A DNA stretch of 34,736 nt from Phoronis australis (GCA_002633005.1 NMRA01000988.1:42664-77399), one strand, 5' to 3'. Shown: positions 20,975 to 31,548, counted from the stretch's first letter. Notes: generated by a model from the letters alone, not told the origin. Made by a program: numbers and translations.

Positions 20975-23097
20975 ACTAGAAAGATTATTGTCACAGCGTG
21001 ACAATAACGGTCTCTGCGCGTGCGTGTTACTGGAATTATCATGGGAAGTTACTGACAGCATCCCGTTTACCAATATGAAAAGGAATTCTTTAAAATAGTA
21101 GGAGAAATTACATATTAATTTTTTGAAGACCTTTCCACTAATTGACCACTTCCGGTGGATTATGAGCTCCGATAAGGGAGTAATTGTTAACTCGATTAAA
21201 AGTGTGATTAATGCTAAAAATCTCATGTCTTACTTTAAGCACTTCAGAATACAAGATGAATGATTTGGTCAAACTTTCAGAAGAAAAATGCACCTAATGA
21301 CTCCAGGGGTGCACCAAATGACCTCAAAATTTAGAATTCAAACTCAATCGCACCTAGTAAACAGATATGTAATTTTGAAATCTCTAGCTCAAAATTTTTG
21401 TTTGCACTGAATGACCTTTGACCTATTTTTTCTGATTGGTTAGGCCTATTGCGAAGAAAAGTATGGTATTCAATTGGCATGTTGAATTACACCAGTGTTC
21501 TGAAATTGAAAAGAATTCCTTGAAAAACGTAAGAGATATAACATTTTGAATGTTACATAACCTTTGCACTAATTGACCTTAACCGGTGCATTTTAAGCAT
21601 CTTCAGGAAAATTATTGCAAAGTCCATGGAAAGTGTGAATCACAGTTGCCTAACGTTCGAAACATCAGAATACTTGCTGGTTGAAAAGGTCAAATTTTCA
21701 GAAGAAAAATGCACATAATGACCCCATGTTTGCACTAAATGACATGAAACTTTGGATTCCGATTTGATTTACCTGTGCCAATCAGTCATGTCAATTATAA
21801 GTGTCCAGCTCAAAATTTTAGTTTGCACATAATGACCTTTGACCTATTTCACCTGATGGGATGACCCGATTACTTAGAAAAGTAATGTTTTAAATTGTCA
21901 TGTTGACTTATACCAGTGCACCGAATTCGAAAAAGATAGCTTTAAAACTGAAAGAGGAGTAGGATTTTGAAAATTATATGACTTTTACACCAAACGACCT
22001 CTTCCGGTGCAATATGGAATATGATTTTATAACGCAATTGCGTATACGCACTTACAACTCTGCACGTTGTGGATGCATGTGCATAGTGAAATATAGGGGC
22101 ATTACATTGCATAGAAGTCTCATCCTTTGCGTGAAAGAGAGAGATGTCCCTGGTAACTATGAAAGAGCAAGAGTGAGAGTAAGAATATCAACTTAAAACT
22201 GCACCTAATGTACACAATGTTGCACCTAATGACCTCGAAGTTCGTGACTGAATTTTCTTTACAATCGAAAACTAAATGCATGATTATGTAAGGTCTAGCT
22301 CAAAAATCACTTTTGCACTTAATGACCTTTGCCCGGGAATTCGGTGCCCTTGATCGGATTTAAATTTAACGTAAACTTCGCATTCAGATCTGTAGTGATT
22401 GCTTGTTATCAAAATTTGGAAAGTCTATCTACAAACCTGCAGGAGAAGAAGCAATTTGATGGAATGCATCCCTTGACCCATTTTGGGTCAATCCGGTGCA
22501 TTTTGAGTTAATATCATGTGATCAATAGAATTTGATCGACACTGGTTTAACCACCATGAATATAAATGCTCTCCCTAATGCATCATTTATGTACACGCTG
22601 ATTGAAAATGTCTTACATTTAACAGAAAACTTCACTTAGTGACCCCAAAGTTGCACCTAATGAACCCAAAGCTTGTAACTGAACTTCCTTTTTGAATGGT
22701 AACCATATACATGATTAAGAAAGTTCTAGCTCAAAAATCAATTTTGCACTTAATGACCTTTGACCTGGAAACTCGGTTCCCTTGATCCGATTGCAATTCC
22801 AAATAAATTTTGGATGCAGATCTCTAGTGCCTACTTGATAACAAAATTCGAATTCGAAGAGTCTATCTAAAAAACTGTAGAAGCATTTTGACAAAATGCA
22901 CTCCTTGACCCGTTTCAGGTAATCCTAGTGCAATTTGGGTAAAAAAATATAATCAATATAAATCCCTTAACTATCGTATCAATCAAAATGAATATTATTG
23001 TTCTAAATGAGTGAATGTAAGAGTAATAACAAAATGAAAAGGAAGAATAAGAATAAGAATAAGAATAAGAATAAGAAGATAAAATACGTAGAACAGT
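20975..23097 (-). mobile_element. HINE family A body fused to a family B copy at 22031; type-1 terminus truncated at 23097
   Basis: Family A sequence runs to atatgattttat|aacg, then the family B start aacgcaattgcgtatacgcac follows without its ACTAG. (AAGAAT)n at 23044-23075 is followed by aagataaaatacgtagaacagt, cut before the stem-loop. Confidence 0.75.
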
Positions 23098-23242
23098 TTT
23101 AAAGCCTTTTTATTTCATAACGGCTGAGTTGACTGTCCTTTTCACACCAGAAATCCACTGGTCAATATTCCTGACAAACAAAATTGTGATTTCTTCTTGC
23201 GTCCCGCGTCTCGTGCGTCTCCTATTCTTTTCCGTGCGTACG

Positions 23243-23299
23243 ACTTCCCGGAAGTTTTACCAGCGCCACCTGGTTAATATCGTTTGCAACAGCGCCACC
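23243..23299. promoter_or_regulatory. Motif cluster: palindrome ACTTCCCGGAAGT and two CAGCGCCACC cores
   Basis: ACTTCCCGGAAGT at 23243-23255 (ETS/STAT-like), CCAGCGCCACCTGG at 23260-23273 and CAGCGCCACC at 23290-23299 (CTCF-like) lie in a CpG-rich patch. It may be TE-derived. Confidence 0.25.
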
Positions 23300-23747
23300 A
23301 CTCTCCTACGCAGCGAGTTAAGGTTCACTAAATCCGATTCCTGACACAAACACAAAAAAACACCTGAATTAGTTTCTCAAACTTTAATTACAAATAATTT
23401 AAAACTGCTCTCTAACTAAGAACATGACAGCTAACACATGACTCTGCTTTGACCTATGTAGCGCGTGAAGCTTGCACGCGCGCACTTGGCACTGTCACCA
23501 CGTGAAGATAGTTGCAATCCAAGTGGAGCGCTGCATAGTCACTGGTCGTCTGCGCTATACGGGTACAGCTCAGCAAGACCGCACGGGCTATTACTCAGTA
23601 ATTTTGTAAATTTAGCTGAAATGATTAATCTGAAGGCAACAGAACGTTTGTTAGGATTATCCGCTCTTACAACATTTTTACCGTCACTTAGCTCTGAAAA
23701 GTGCTACGCGTTCCAACTACGTGTGGGGACTGGAATCATGAGGTAAG

Positions 23748-23921
23748 ATTAACCGCCCAACCCGTTTGTCTGTCGTAATAAACGCCTATGTTCGGTTAAC
23801 CCCCCACCCGCGATTTCTTGAAATTTCACGTTTAAGCGCCCATGTCTGGTTAACCGCCCACCCCGAATTTTTGGGTTCGCCAATTTAAACGCCCAGGGCG
23901 TTAACCCGAACGTTCACGGTA
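23748..23921. mobile_element. Right end of a Tc1/mariner-pogo-like MITE with ~50-bp internal repeats
   Basis: Three ttaacc(g/c)ccca(a)ccc...aa(a/g)cgcc units are followed by the palindrome aacgcccagggcgtt and the terminus ...cacggTA. Confidence 0.6.
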
Positions 23922-24746
23922 TAACCACATTTCTGCACTATCAACGATATTTTTCTGTCTATGAAACCAATCACTTCGTCAATTTCTGAATAATTATTAC
24001 GACGTGCGAAACCTAGTCTTGACAACAAACAACGAAGGTGCCTAACGCTAACAATGATACCAAAGCGATATCTGAGCAACAGCCCTAAGTTGAAAAGATA
24101 TCTACCAGTTTTATCTCTATCCAAACGGAATATTCTTGGTAACAGAAAACAAGGCCTATCATATAAGACCAATTTCATAACAGTAAGAGGCGGAATTTAA
24201 TTTTTGTTTTTAGCCAGAAAAACTAATAGTACTGCAGTTTTAAGCGGAAAGAACCTCAGGCACGTAAATCTGTTGTGGCGTGATAAATCTAAGTTCTGTC
24301 CATTTCTCAGGTCATTTTATCTGAAGTGTTGACAGATGGGAGTTCTTAGCATGAGCGTTGTCATTGATATTTTGTTGCTATGATGCTTCCTAATAGCTCT
24401 ACTGACTGTGTGAGTCAAGATTGTAAAAGGCCTTATTACTTGTCCTGATGATAATGTTTAAGACATCGGAACATGTTGAAGTTGAAAATTATCGTTGTTT
24501 TTGTTAATATTGTCACTTACTCATCTACGTTGAGACCAGACAGGATCGCTTGTGCTTTTACAAACATTGAAAGTTGAGTTATTTGTCTTATTGCGTAAAA
24601 TGTTGAAACATTTCCAGTGCAACTGCCATTTCAATTATTTGATAAAGTGATATGCCCATCACAGTGTCATTGCTAAGAAGTATGAGGTCTTCAGGAGTAG
24701 GATTGAAAGGTTCACTTAAGTAAAACTGTTGGAGTGCTGTATTAGG

Positions 24747-25130
24747 ACCGGGAATTTCCGTGGATAAGCCCATGGGCGTGTATTCAGAAAATGAAAATTT
24801 TCAGACGTTTTAGCAACACCAAATAAACACCCAGGTGTTTATTCGGAAAGTCATAGTTTTGCTGACTTTGACACTCTTTACTTGAAACAGTGTTTTTAAA
24901 TTTTATGTTAATAAATGCATGATTTACCAACCCCTTGCTCGTTTTTATAAGTGATAAATGCACCACAAAACTGAATGTGTGACAAAATGTTGATGCTGAG
25001 TGGGCTTTTAAGAGTAAAATTTCCAAATAAACACCCCAGTGTCTGAACACATGACACCAGAAGTATTATGAACGCCCATGGGCGTTTATTTGGCATAATT
25101 TTCCGAATAAACGCCCATGGGCATTTCATC
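24747..25130. mobile_element. Degenerate MITE related to the 23748-23921 type, with repeated palindrome AATAAACGCCCATGGGCGTTTATT
   Basis: Starts accgggaatttccgtggataagcccatgggcg. Palindrome variants occur at about 24821-24843, 25026, 25068-25089 and 25106-25126. Confidence 0.55.
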
Positions 25131-26355
25131 GGTTGGAGGGGGTTTGACAGGAGAGCCCACAACCGAGGCCCGTGGCAGTTATGGGGGCTCGTCGGAGGAG
25201 GAAAAAACAGAAAACGGCGCACCAAAAAAAAGTGCATTCAATTTAGTTTGAAACGTGTTTTTATCCAAACTACTTCGAGTATTCGTCGTGAGAATCACGA
25301 TTTATTAGTCAAGATCAGTGGGCATTTGAAAACAGTCTTCGTTGATAGAATCGAGATTCCGAGATAATTAAGCTGGGATCTCGATATCCTGAGATAATTA
25401 AAAAAGAAGCACGCAATGTGATCTTTGGGCCATCGAAGCATTTACAGTCTACGGTGACACTCTTTTTTATTATTTAATGTTACCTTTCAGGAGAAGTTAA
25501 TCAAATACAACTCGGCATGTACGCAGTCGATGGATTCAGGTGTGTTTACCGTACTTTGAGAAATGATCCCCCAACGTATGAAACATCTACAGCTTTTATC
25601 ACTGTGTAGACGTAATAGGAAAATATAAATGAAATTAGCTTGGCGATTCCAGCTAAAATTTTGCAAAGCAATGTCAATGAACATACTTAGCCCCCAAGAA
25701 TTCCTTGTTTAGTTGTATATTGCTTACCATCCCTTTAGTAATATTCCTGACAATATTTTATGTCATTTTTAGGCTTCTTACGTTTGTGGTATATTTTTAT
25801 AGTCCAAGCTAGTAATGGTGTTTTTCATGATTGCACAGGATTAGGTGCGTCACTTTGGAGATCCCCACCAAGAGAAGAAGTTGGACAACATTACCAGGCA
25901 AGTACATACAAAAATACTTCCAAAAGTCGGACAAGCACAAGTCGGACAACGTTCGCAGTTCTGTTGTTCGTGCATTGATTCTTAAAATACATGTAGGTCA
26001 GCATTATGTAAGTCAGGGCTCTTAATGAAGGGTGTTCGATACAAATCTCCTAATAATCGTAAAGCAGTTGTTTCATTATGACATGGTATTAGTTTTTAAA
26101 ACATAAAAATAACACCGTGCAACGAAACTTATCAGTTTTATCAGGATTTGAATCATTAATTTAACTACATCTGGCCTTTCAGTAAACAATGCAAATGTTG
26201 AATTTTTGACCTGCATCAGATGCAGGGAGTTGAAAATACGTTTATGCATGGGTACCGTACAGAGTGTTTTTATATGTCATCAATTAGTTCATCCGTCTTG
26301 TTGGAGGGCAAACAATTCAGTGCGGTAGTGGTAGCGCGAAACAAAGACACAGTTC

Positions 26356-26484
26356 CTGGGCCGCGCCCATGATTTTGAGTTAGGGGGCCAGGGCAGAGTA
26401 TTAGCCCGGATTTTGGAATCTGGAAGAGCTTTAGGGGGGGGGGGGGNGGGGCTTAGCCCCCTTTCCCCCCTAAGTCCGCCACTG
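26356..26484. mobile_element. G/C-run MITE end(s), same TIR family as 1765-1912
   Basis: Ends ...cccccctaagtccgccactg (reverse complement cagtggcggacttagggggg). Contains a poly-G run with an N at 26447. Confidence 0.55.
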
Positions 26485-27000
26485 ATTTCTTAGCTGAATT
26501 CTCGCAGAATTTAATCAGTATAGTCGTGGTGAGTTTTGTGCTATAGGTGGCTTCTAGTGCGGGGTTGATAGCGATGTTAAGTAGTTCTATCATCTTCCAA
26601 TAATTATTGACCATCGAGAAGGAAAAAACAAAGAGTTGTCTCTGAATAGGGCAGTCGAACTGTTTTTTTTTCGTTTTGAAGAAATTCTTCAATATCTTCG
26701 AAAAGATAATGCATGCCACAAAACCGAAATAATAAATAAATCTAAATCGGCTTAAGCAGTACAAAGTTATTTCAATTTTTGTGACGAAATTTGGGTCATT
26801 TGTTGGGATCGCGTCCGCCAGCTTGGACTACAGCAGCATTAGTTACGAGTTTAAAACTGTCTATAAATTACTTTCACAATTTTACTGAGAAATTGAGTGA
26901 GACATGTTTTTACCCACTGTTCTGTGGGAGTTAATATTTTTCACCAGAATGTAGTTACGCAGATGTCATTTACCGAGAGATCAAGAACTTACAATTCGAA

Positions 27001-27179
27001 CACCGACAACATCGCGACTTTAACTGAAGTGAAAAACATGATCAACCGGCTACCTTGTAATTGGTGAAGATTTAACTATGATTTTAATAAACTCTGTTAT
27101 AAAAAACAACGATGTGCACTTTTCAGAATATTGCGATAAAATATAAGGGCTTTTCTAATTACTTCACTGTGAATTGTCC
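27001..27179. repeat. Dispersed repeat fragment, copy 2 (homologous to 12-195)
   Basis: Direct alignment by eye with the first ~190 bp of the window. Confidence 0.85.
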
Positions 27180-27377
27180 ACGCAGTTGAAATGCGTCAAA
27201 CTTCTTTTGCACTTGCAACGCTTTGGCTATAATTGTTTAACTATTGGTGTATTGTTTATAAGGGTGGTTGGGGTCTCAAAAACGGCGAAGAATATTTATT
27301 GTAATTTAAGTTAAAATTTCACAAAAATAAGTCTTGGTGAAAAAATAAAAAATCTTTATCCAGATTCCAAAAACACC

Positions 27378-27434
27378 TTGCCCCGTCTCTTTGTTCCCCT
27401 GTATCTATGTTCCCCGTCTCGATTTTCCCCGTTC
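27378..27434. repeat. Four degenerate ~15-bp tandem units (tgttccccgtctc), probably TE subterminal repeats
   Basis: ttgccccgtctc / tttgttcccctgtatc / tatgttccccgtctc / gattttccccgttcc. Confidence 0.5.
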
Positions 27435-27613
27435 CGAAGCAGGAAATTTTTACGGGTCTGTGTCTCCGATAATTGTCAGTAGTGGTCGTACGCAAGCCGA
27501 TCACAAGCAGCTAACAACTCGCAATAACTAGTCTTCTATCATTGACCACCGCCATTGCTTGTCATCCAACATGTCGCACTTCCGGGTGCTGGTGGTGTTA
27601 TTTCAAAGACTCT

Positions 27614-27690
27614 ATAATAACAACAATAACAATAACAATAACAATAATAATAATTATAATAACAACAACAATAACAACAACAATAATAAT
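27614..27690. repeat. Compound (AAC/AAT)n microsatellite
   Basis: Directly visible trinucleotide run. Confidence 0.95.
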
Positions 27691-28384
27691 ACAGTATCTA
27701 TAAGTGCATATTTATTTGTCTGTTGAAAAGTCTTCTTTTTGGCCAGGTATGTTTTGCGGGAGACTTATTTCAGTGGGACAAACGTGTCGTGTACTTGGCC
27801 CATCATATAAGACGGCTTCCACTAAACTCGGTAGAAATTTCTCTGTCTGATTGGTTACCACTTGTGCAAGTTTCCTGCTCTTGAATTCTGGATTAAGTGC
27901 TCTTAATTAATGTTAATAACATGTCACTTTCAGCCTAAATTGTTGTTATAAAGTGTGCAATTGCATATGCCTTGTTGGATGGACATGGCGCGTTAGGACA
28001 AACAAGGAGTATCATGGTCACAAGGAAACACCTACACCTCTATGACTGGCGACATTTGCCTTTACATGCTGTCCTGACTACGGCAATTCATGGAAGCAAG
28101 TTTCCTGCAAGAAAAGCGAAATCACGCAAGAGCACGCAAAACCAATCGAATGAAAATAGTGTTTTGACGAAGGTGTCAGAATCTTACATAGTGTTCACGT
28201 TACTTCTGTTCGCAAAAGGTGGAGCAGTTATCCTTTGACTGCTTTATATACATGTATCACCAAGAGATGGGACAGCTTTTGGTAGTTAGATGACAACTAA
28301 CTCACGCACTGGCTGTGCTCTAATCTGTTTAGACTTCACCACCAAGTGGAGTGGTGATTGCTTGTAAGGTGACAAGCAAATAAC

Positions 28385-28460
28385 AGCTGTTAGTTTTTAG
28401 CTGCTCTCCCTACTTCCTTACCTCCCTGCCTCCCTGACGCCCTGCCTCCCTCCCTCCATT
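28385..28460 (+). repeat. Low-complexity (CCCT/CCTG)n tract after TTTTTAGCTGCTCT, possibly a decayed HINE 5' end
   Basis: ctccctacttccttacctccctgcctccctgacgccctgcctccctccctcc. The HINE interpretation is inference from the TTTTTAG start plus a tetranucleotide microsatellite. Confidence 0.4.
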
Positions 28461-28529
28461 CCCATTGGTTTGTATGCCCACCTATGTAAAAACAATTTTT
28501 AAAATTTCTTTCCATAGTAAGACCAAACA

Positions 28530-29300
28530 CCAACTTTGTGTTCGTGAGACAGTCGGGAAATAAGAATTGTCGCGAAATTTTACCAATAGTATTTAGGAGT
28601 GATGTCCCTTGTGTTCTTTGGATTGCGTTCGTGACCTTGCTTGTGCAAAGGTAGGACCGCTCGTTGGGCAGTACACCTGAAGAGTGTACCAATCAGAAAA
28701 TCAAATTTGTGGAACTCCTTTGCAATTACGTCTTGCCCAAGTGATTTAATTTTCAGCTCCCTGACGACTTTTCTAATCGCTTCGTAATTTATACATTTAT
28801 TTAGTGAACGTAGATTGTCATTGGGTTTGTCTCTTACACAGCTGCTATGAAGACCATGATTGTTCTTAGTTTGCCTGATATTATCGGTAAAAGGCGGATA
28901 CCCTTGTGTCAGTTAGATATAATAAATGATTAAAGCAGCCAAACTGCTCATATCCTGGGATGTTTGGTTCATTCGCCGACCTAGATGCCAGATAGATAAC
29001 GAACATGAAGACATTGTTTCTTCAATAGCAGATTTTTCGATTTAGTGCATAAAAATGACGGGTTAATAAAAAAAATCACGTGTATAAGCCGGACAGTGCT
29101 GCCACCTCGAACTTGATTTCAATCTCGTTTATCTCCATACATGTTTCCAAAACACCTGTTCCTAGGTTTTGCTTGTTGCCTTGCAAACAGTCCACCAATT
29201 TCCAAATTTTTTAGTGATTTATCCACCGTAAAACTAGGAGAACTGCCACCATCTATGTTTTTTAAATGGCGAGGAGTAAGGTTGCGGAAAAATGAAGACA
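28530..29300 (-). mobile_element. Internally deleted fossil LINE: RT start (clear), APE N-terminus and ORF1 tail (weaker)
   Basis: Minus strand 28570-28820 reads SLNKCINYEAIRKVVRELKIKSLGQDVIAKEFHK...AVLPLHKQGHERNPKNT, then with a frameshift GTSLLNTIGKI. This matches LINE RT motifs K(S/A)PG.DG...E..K, P..K.G....P.NYR.ISLLN..GKI. Upstream VIYLASRSANEPNIPGYEQF (about 28940-29000) resembles the APE IPGY motif. Confidence 0.7.
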
Positions 29301-29825
29301 AAATTTTTTTTGTATCTGTATTTAACTTGTTGTAAACTACAACTGTTTGGAATATGTCTCGACAATTTACACTCGTGCAAAGTAGGGTTTAAAACATTTC
29401 TTAGATAAGGTTGAATTTAGGGAGGTATACAAAACAAGAAACGGATCTTTAGGCATAAGCACAACCGTTTTGTAACGGAACAGCCCACATTTACGCACGT
29501 AGATTTTTCTCAAGTGCTTGGCGCAAAGCCCCATGCACTTAGTTCGGCCTTTGGTGCAGATTCACTTACAGATGCGTTTTTGTACAAGTTCGCGTATGAG
29601 GTAAGGTTGTAGGTACGTGCTCGTTTGATCTATGGTAAAGCAGTTATTGAAATTATTTCAAGATAATATGTACACGAAAGACCAAACTGGTTTGTATTTG
29701 TTTCTCGGTCGGATATTCAAGATGAGTAGATGGGGGTGGTTATTGCACTGATCATTGGACAATATGTTTAAAACTTTGTAAAACTTATTCCTGTTTTCAT
29801 TTCATTGTCACGAAAACCGATACAG

Positions 29826-29853
29826 GGCGCAGAACAACAATTGGAAGATGAAG
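29826..29853 (+). CDS. Candidate repeated mini-exon A (GAEQQLEDE+G), phase 0 to 1; copies at 31416-31443, 33205-33232, 34483-34510
   Basis: The first AG after a pyrimidine tract (gatacAG) opens 28 nt ending at a strong donor AAG|GTATGT in all four copies, with no indels or stops. The acceptor context is mediocre. Confidence 0.35.
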
Positions 29854-29924
29854 GTATGTTTGAAAACTTTATTCTATCCTCGAACTTTTGGAATGCTCTT
29901 CGTTTCGTGATGACGAACGGATAT

Positions 29925-30000
29925 TTATTTACTAGAGTAAAATCTTTTATTTACTAGATAAAAAACCTCTTATTTACTAAATGAAAACCTCTTGTTTGTA
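29925..30000. repeat. ~21-bp minisatellite (tatttactagataaaaacctct) within the array; second copy at about 34581-34655
   Basis: About 3.5 degenerate units visible at both sites. Confidence 0.7.
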
Positions 30001-30464
30001 AGACATTAAGCACATTTCTCTGTTTAAGCGTCAATGACACCAATTAAGGACCTAAAGCTTATTTCGTCAGCGAAAGTGTAGCATCATTTTGTTAGGCAAG
30101 TGGTATGTCTGAAAAACTTTATTTTATCCTTGAAATTTTGGAATGCACACCATCTCATGATGACGAACAGGTACTTATTTCCTAGATTAAGCCTTTGATG
30201 TGCTAGACTTAAAGTACATTTCTCTGTTCAAATACCGATGACATCAATTTAGGATCTAACGCAAATTTTGTCAGCGAAAGTGTAGCCTCATTTTCTTAGG
30301 CAAGTGGGCCTGAATTGCCATTAACATCGGTTCGTTTGTCAGAACGCACACTTACGCATATGTAGCACGAAACCTTGAAGAACGTATTGCAATAAGTTGA
30401 AGCAAATCATAAACGAAACAAGTGTTTATCTTGCACGGTTTTATTGCTTCTTTGATCTTTACAG

Positions 30465-30553
30465 ATATGAATCGTTCTAATGAAACTGTACCCAAAACTT
30501 TGGACGAATCAGAGGAAAGCAAGGATGAAGACAGCTTCAGCGAGTTGAACCAA
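30465..30553 (+). CDS. Candidate repeated exon B (MNRSNETVPKTLDESEESKDEDSFSELNQ), phase 1 to 0; copies at 31844-31932, 33616-33704
   Basis: Acceptor ttctttgatctttacAG, 89 nt open in all three copies, donor CAA|GTAAAG or GTAATG. Confidence 0.45.
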
Positions 30554-31473
30554 GTAAAGAGCTTTAGCGTCTAAGTTACCTTGTCAAAATAAAGCCACTG
30601 AATATTTTACATGTACGCGGAAAGACCCAAATTAGATCTCTTTTAACTATTTTATAACTATTAGCATTTTTACGAACCACCAGTTAGTCAAGAATACTGA
30701 AGGCGGTCTTCATATTATGCTCGATTTGTGTATACTGATAGGGTTCGATTTGATTCCGAAATGACTATTGAAACTCTATGACATCTCAGCGGAAACACAT
30801 TCGAAGTACATCAATACTGTATACGGCCATATTTAAGCTCATATCCCTGTATCTGAAATTATGCATTTTTGAAAATACATTTGTCATATGTGAATTGAAC
30901 ATTGGTGCAATTGCTCTAAACGTCACTTAAAAGAGCAGACGAATGTTCTTGCATGGTTTGAGAATTTCCACTCTTATTGCTATCTCTTCCTGCTTTAAGT
31001 CAGTATCACCATTTTGTAACGAACAACTCAACATTTGTTCGCATGTCATCTCCAAACTTGCAACTCGTTTTTTCCTCAAGTGCTTGTCGCAAAGGCGCAT
31101 GCCCTTTTAAGAGCATGCACCCTTGAGCCAAGCACTTAACTTCGGGTTTTGGCGAAAATTTACATAGAGAGGCATGGTCCTGCACGTGCACCTATGCGGG
31201 TAAGGTTTATAGACCTGTGTTATATTATGGTTGGAATCATTTTAAGAAAAAAAAAGAAAACAAAACACCGAACTGTTTTGGTATTTTGAAAGCAGAACAC
31301 TTTCCCTGTGCGACATTTCAAGTTAAGTAGATGTGGGTTCATGGACTGGTCATAAGCCTAAAACTTTGTAAAACTTATTCCTGTTTTCATTTCATTGTCA
31401 CGAAAACCGATACAGGGCGCAGAACAACAATTGGAAGATGAAGGTATGTTTGAAAACTTTATTCTATCCTCNT

Positions 31474-31548
31474 TCAGAAAGTATGAACGCAACGGAATAA
31501 AGACTGTGAAAAATGAAAAGTGTCGTGTATTCAACAAATTCTGTATAA
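31474..31548. mobile_element. Terminal segment of an unassembled TIR element; inverted copy at 34662-34736
   Basis: 31474-31548 and 34662-34736 are reverse complements at 74/75 positions. One starts at the N gap and the other runs off the window end. Confidence 0.7.

Larger units (their letters stand above)
12033..23097 (-). mobile_element. Nested cluster of non-autonomous Helentron elements (HINE/DINE-1-like), two families
   Basis: On the minus strand each element has a 5' TTATTACTCTGCG(C/T) end folding into a stem-loop (actctgcgc..gcgcagagt), a (TTC/TTATTC)n microsatellite, central ~430-bp tandem repeats, a subterminal inverted copy of actctgcg, a 3' hairpin and CTAG-TT. This matches the established DINE-1/HINE architecture. 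The 3' ends (plus-strand ACTAG) are at 12033, 13153, 14582, 15610, 17529, 18704, 19907 and 20975. Confidence 0.8.

Noticed and set aside
12027-22511. Repeated ORFs such as MHRKRSISGK... and the hydrophobic 114/142-aa ORFs at 12834-13344
   Set aside because: They are chance translations of HINE termini and microsatellite. Frames and stops differ between copies.
12033-23097. CRISPR-like reading of the recurring hairpins (attattgtcacggcgtgacaataat; actctgcgc..gcgcagagt)
   Set aside because: The intervening sequences are kilobase-long, mutually homologous repeats rather than unique 30-40-nt spacers. There are no cas genes and the context is eukaryotic.
24514-24640. Minus-strand exon ending at a GTAAGT donor (24514-24520)
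   Set aside because: No convincing acceptor, and all three frames hit stops within about 40 codons.
25491-25539. 49-nt plus-strand exon candidate (strong acceptor tacctttcAG, donor GTGTGT)
   Set aside because: Two frames are open, the peptide is unrecognisable, and there is no neighbouring exon to fix the phase. Not supportable without RNA data.
26434-26451. Poly-G tract as a G-quadruplex element
   Set aside because: It contains an N and lies in a G/C-run MITE, so its length is unreliable and likely a sequencing or assembly break.
27934-28080. EGF/kringle-like peptide fragments (CNCICLVGWT; EYHGH; TSMTGDICL)
   Set aside because: It needs a frameshift, has stops and lacks most conserved Cys/Trp residues. 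The resemblance could be chance, and a Pfam search would be needed.
28670-28700. Hammerhead-ribozyme-like CTGAAGA...GAAA with flanking gtacac/gtgtac hairpin
   Set aside because: The stem encloses the CTGAAGA rather than forming the three-way junction, and it lies within the LINE RT coding remnant.
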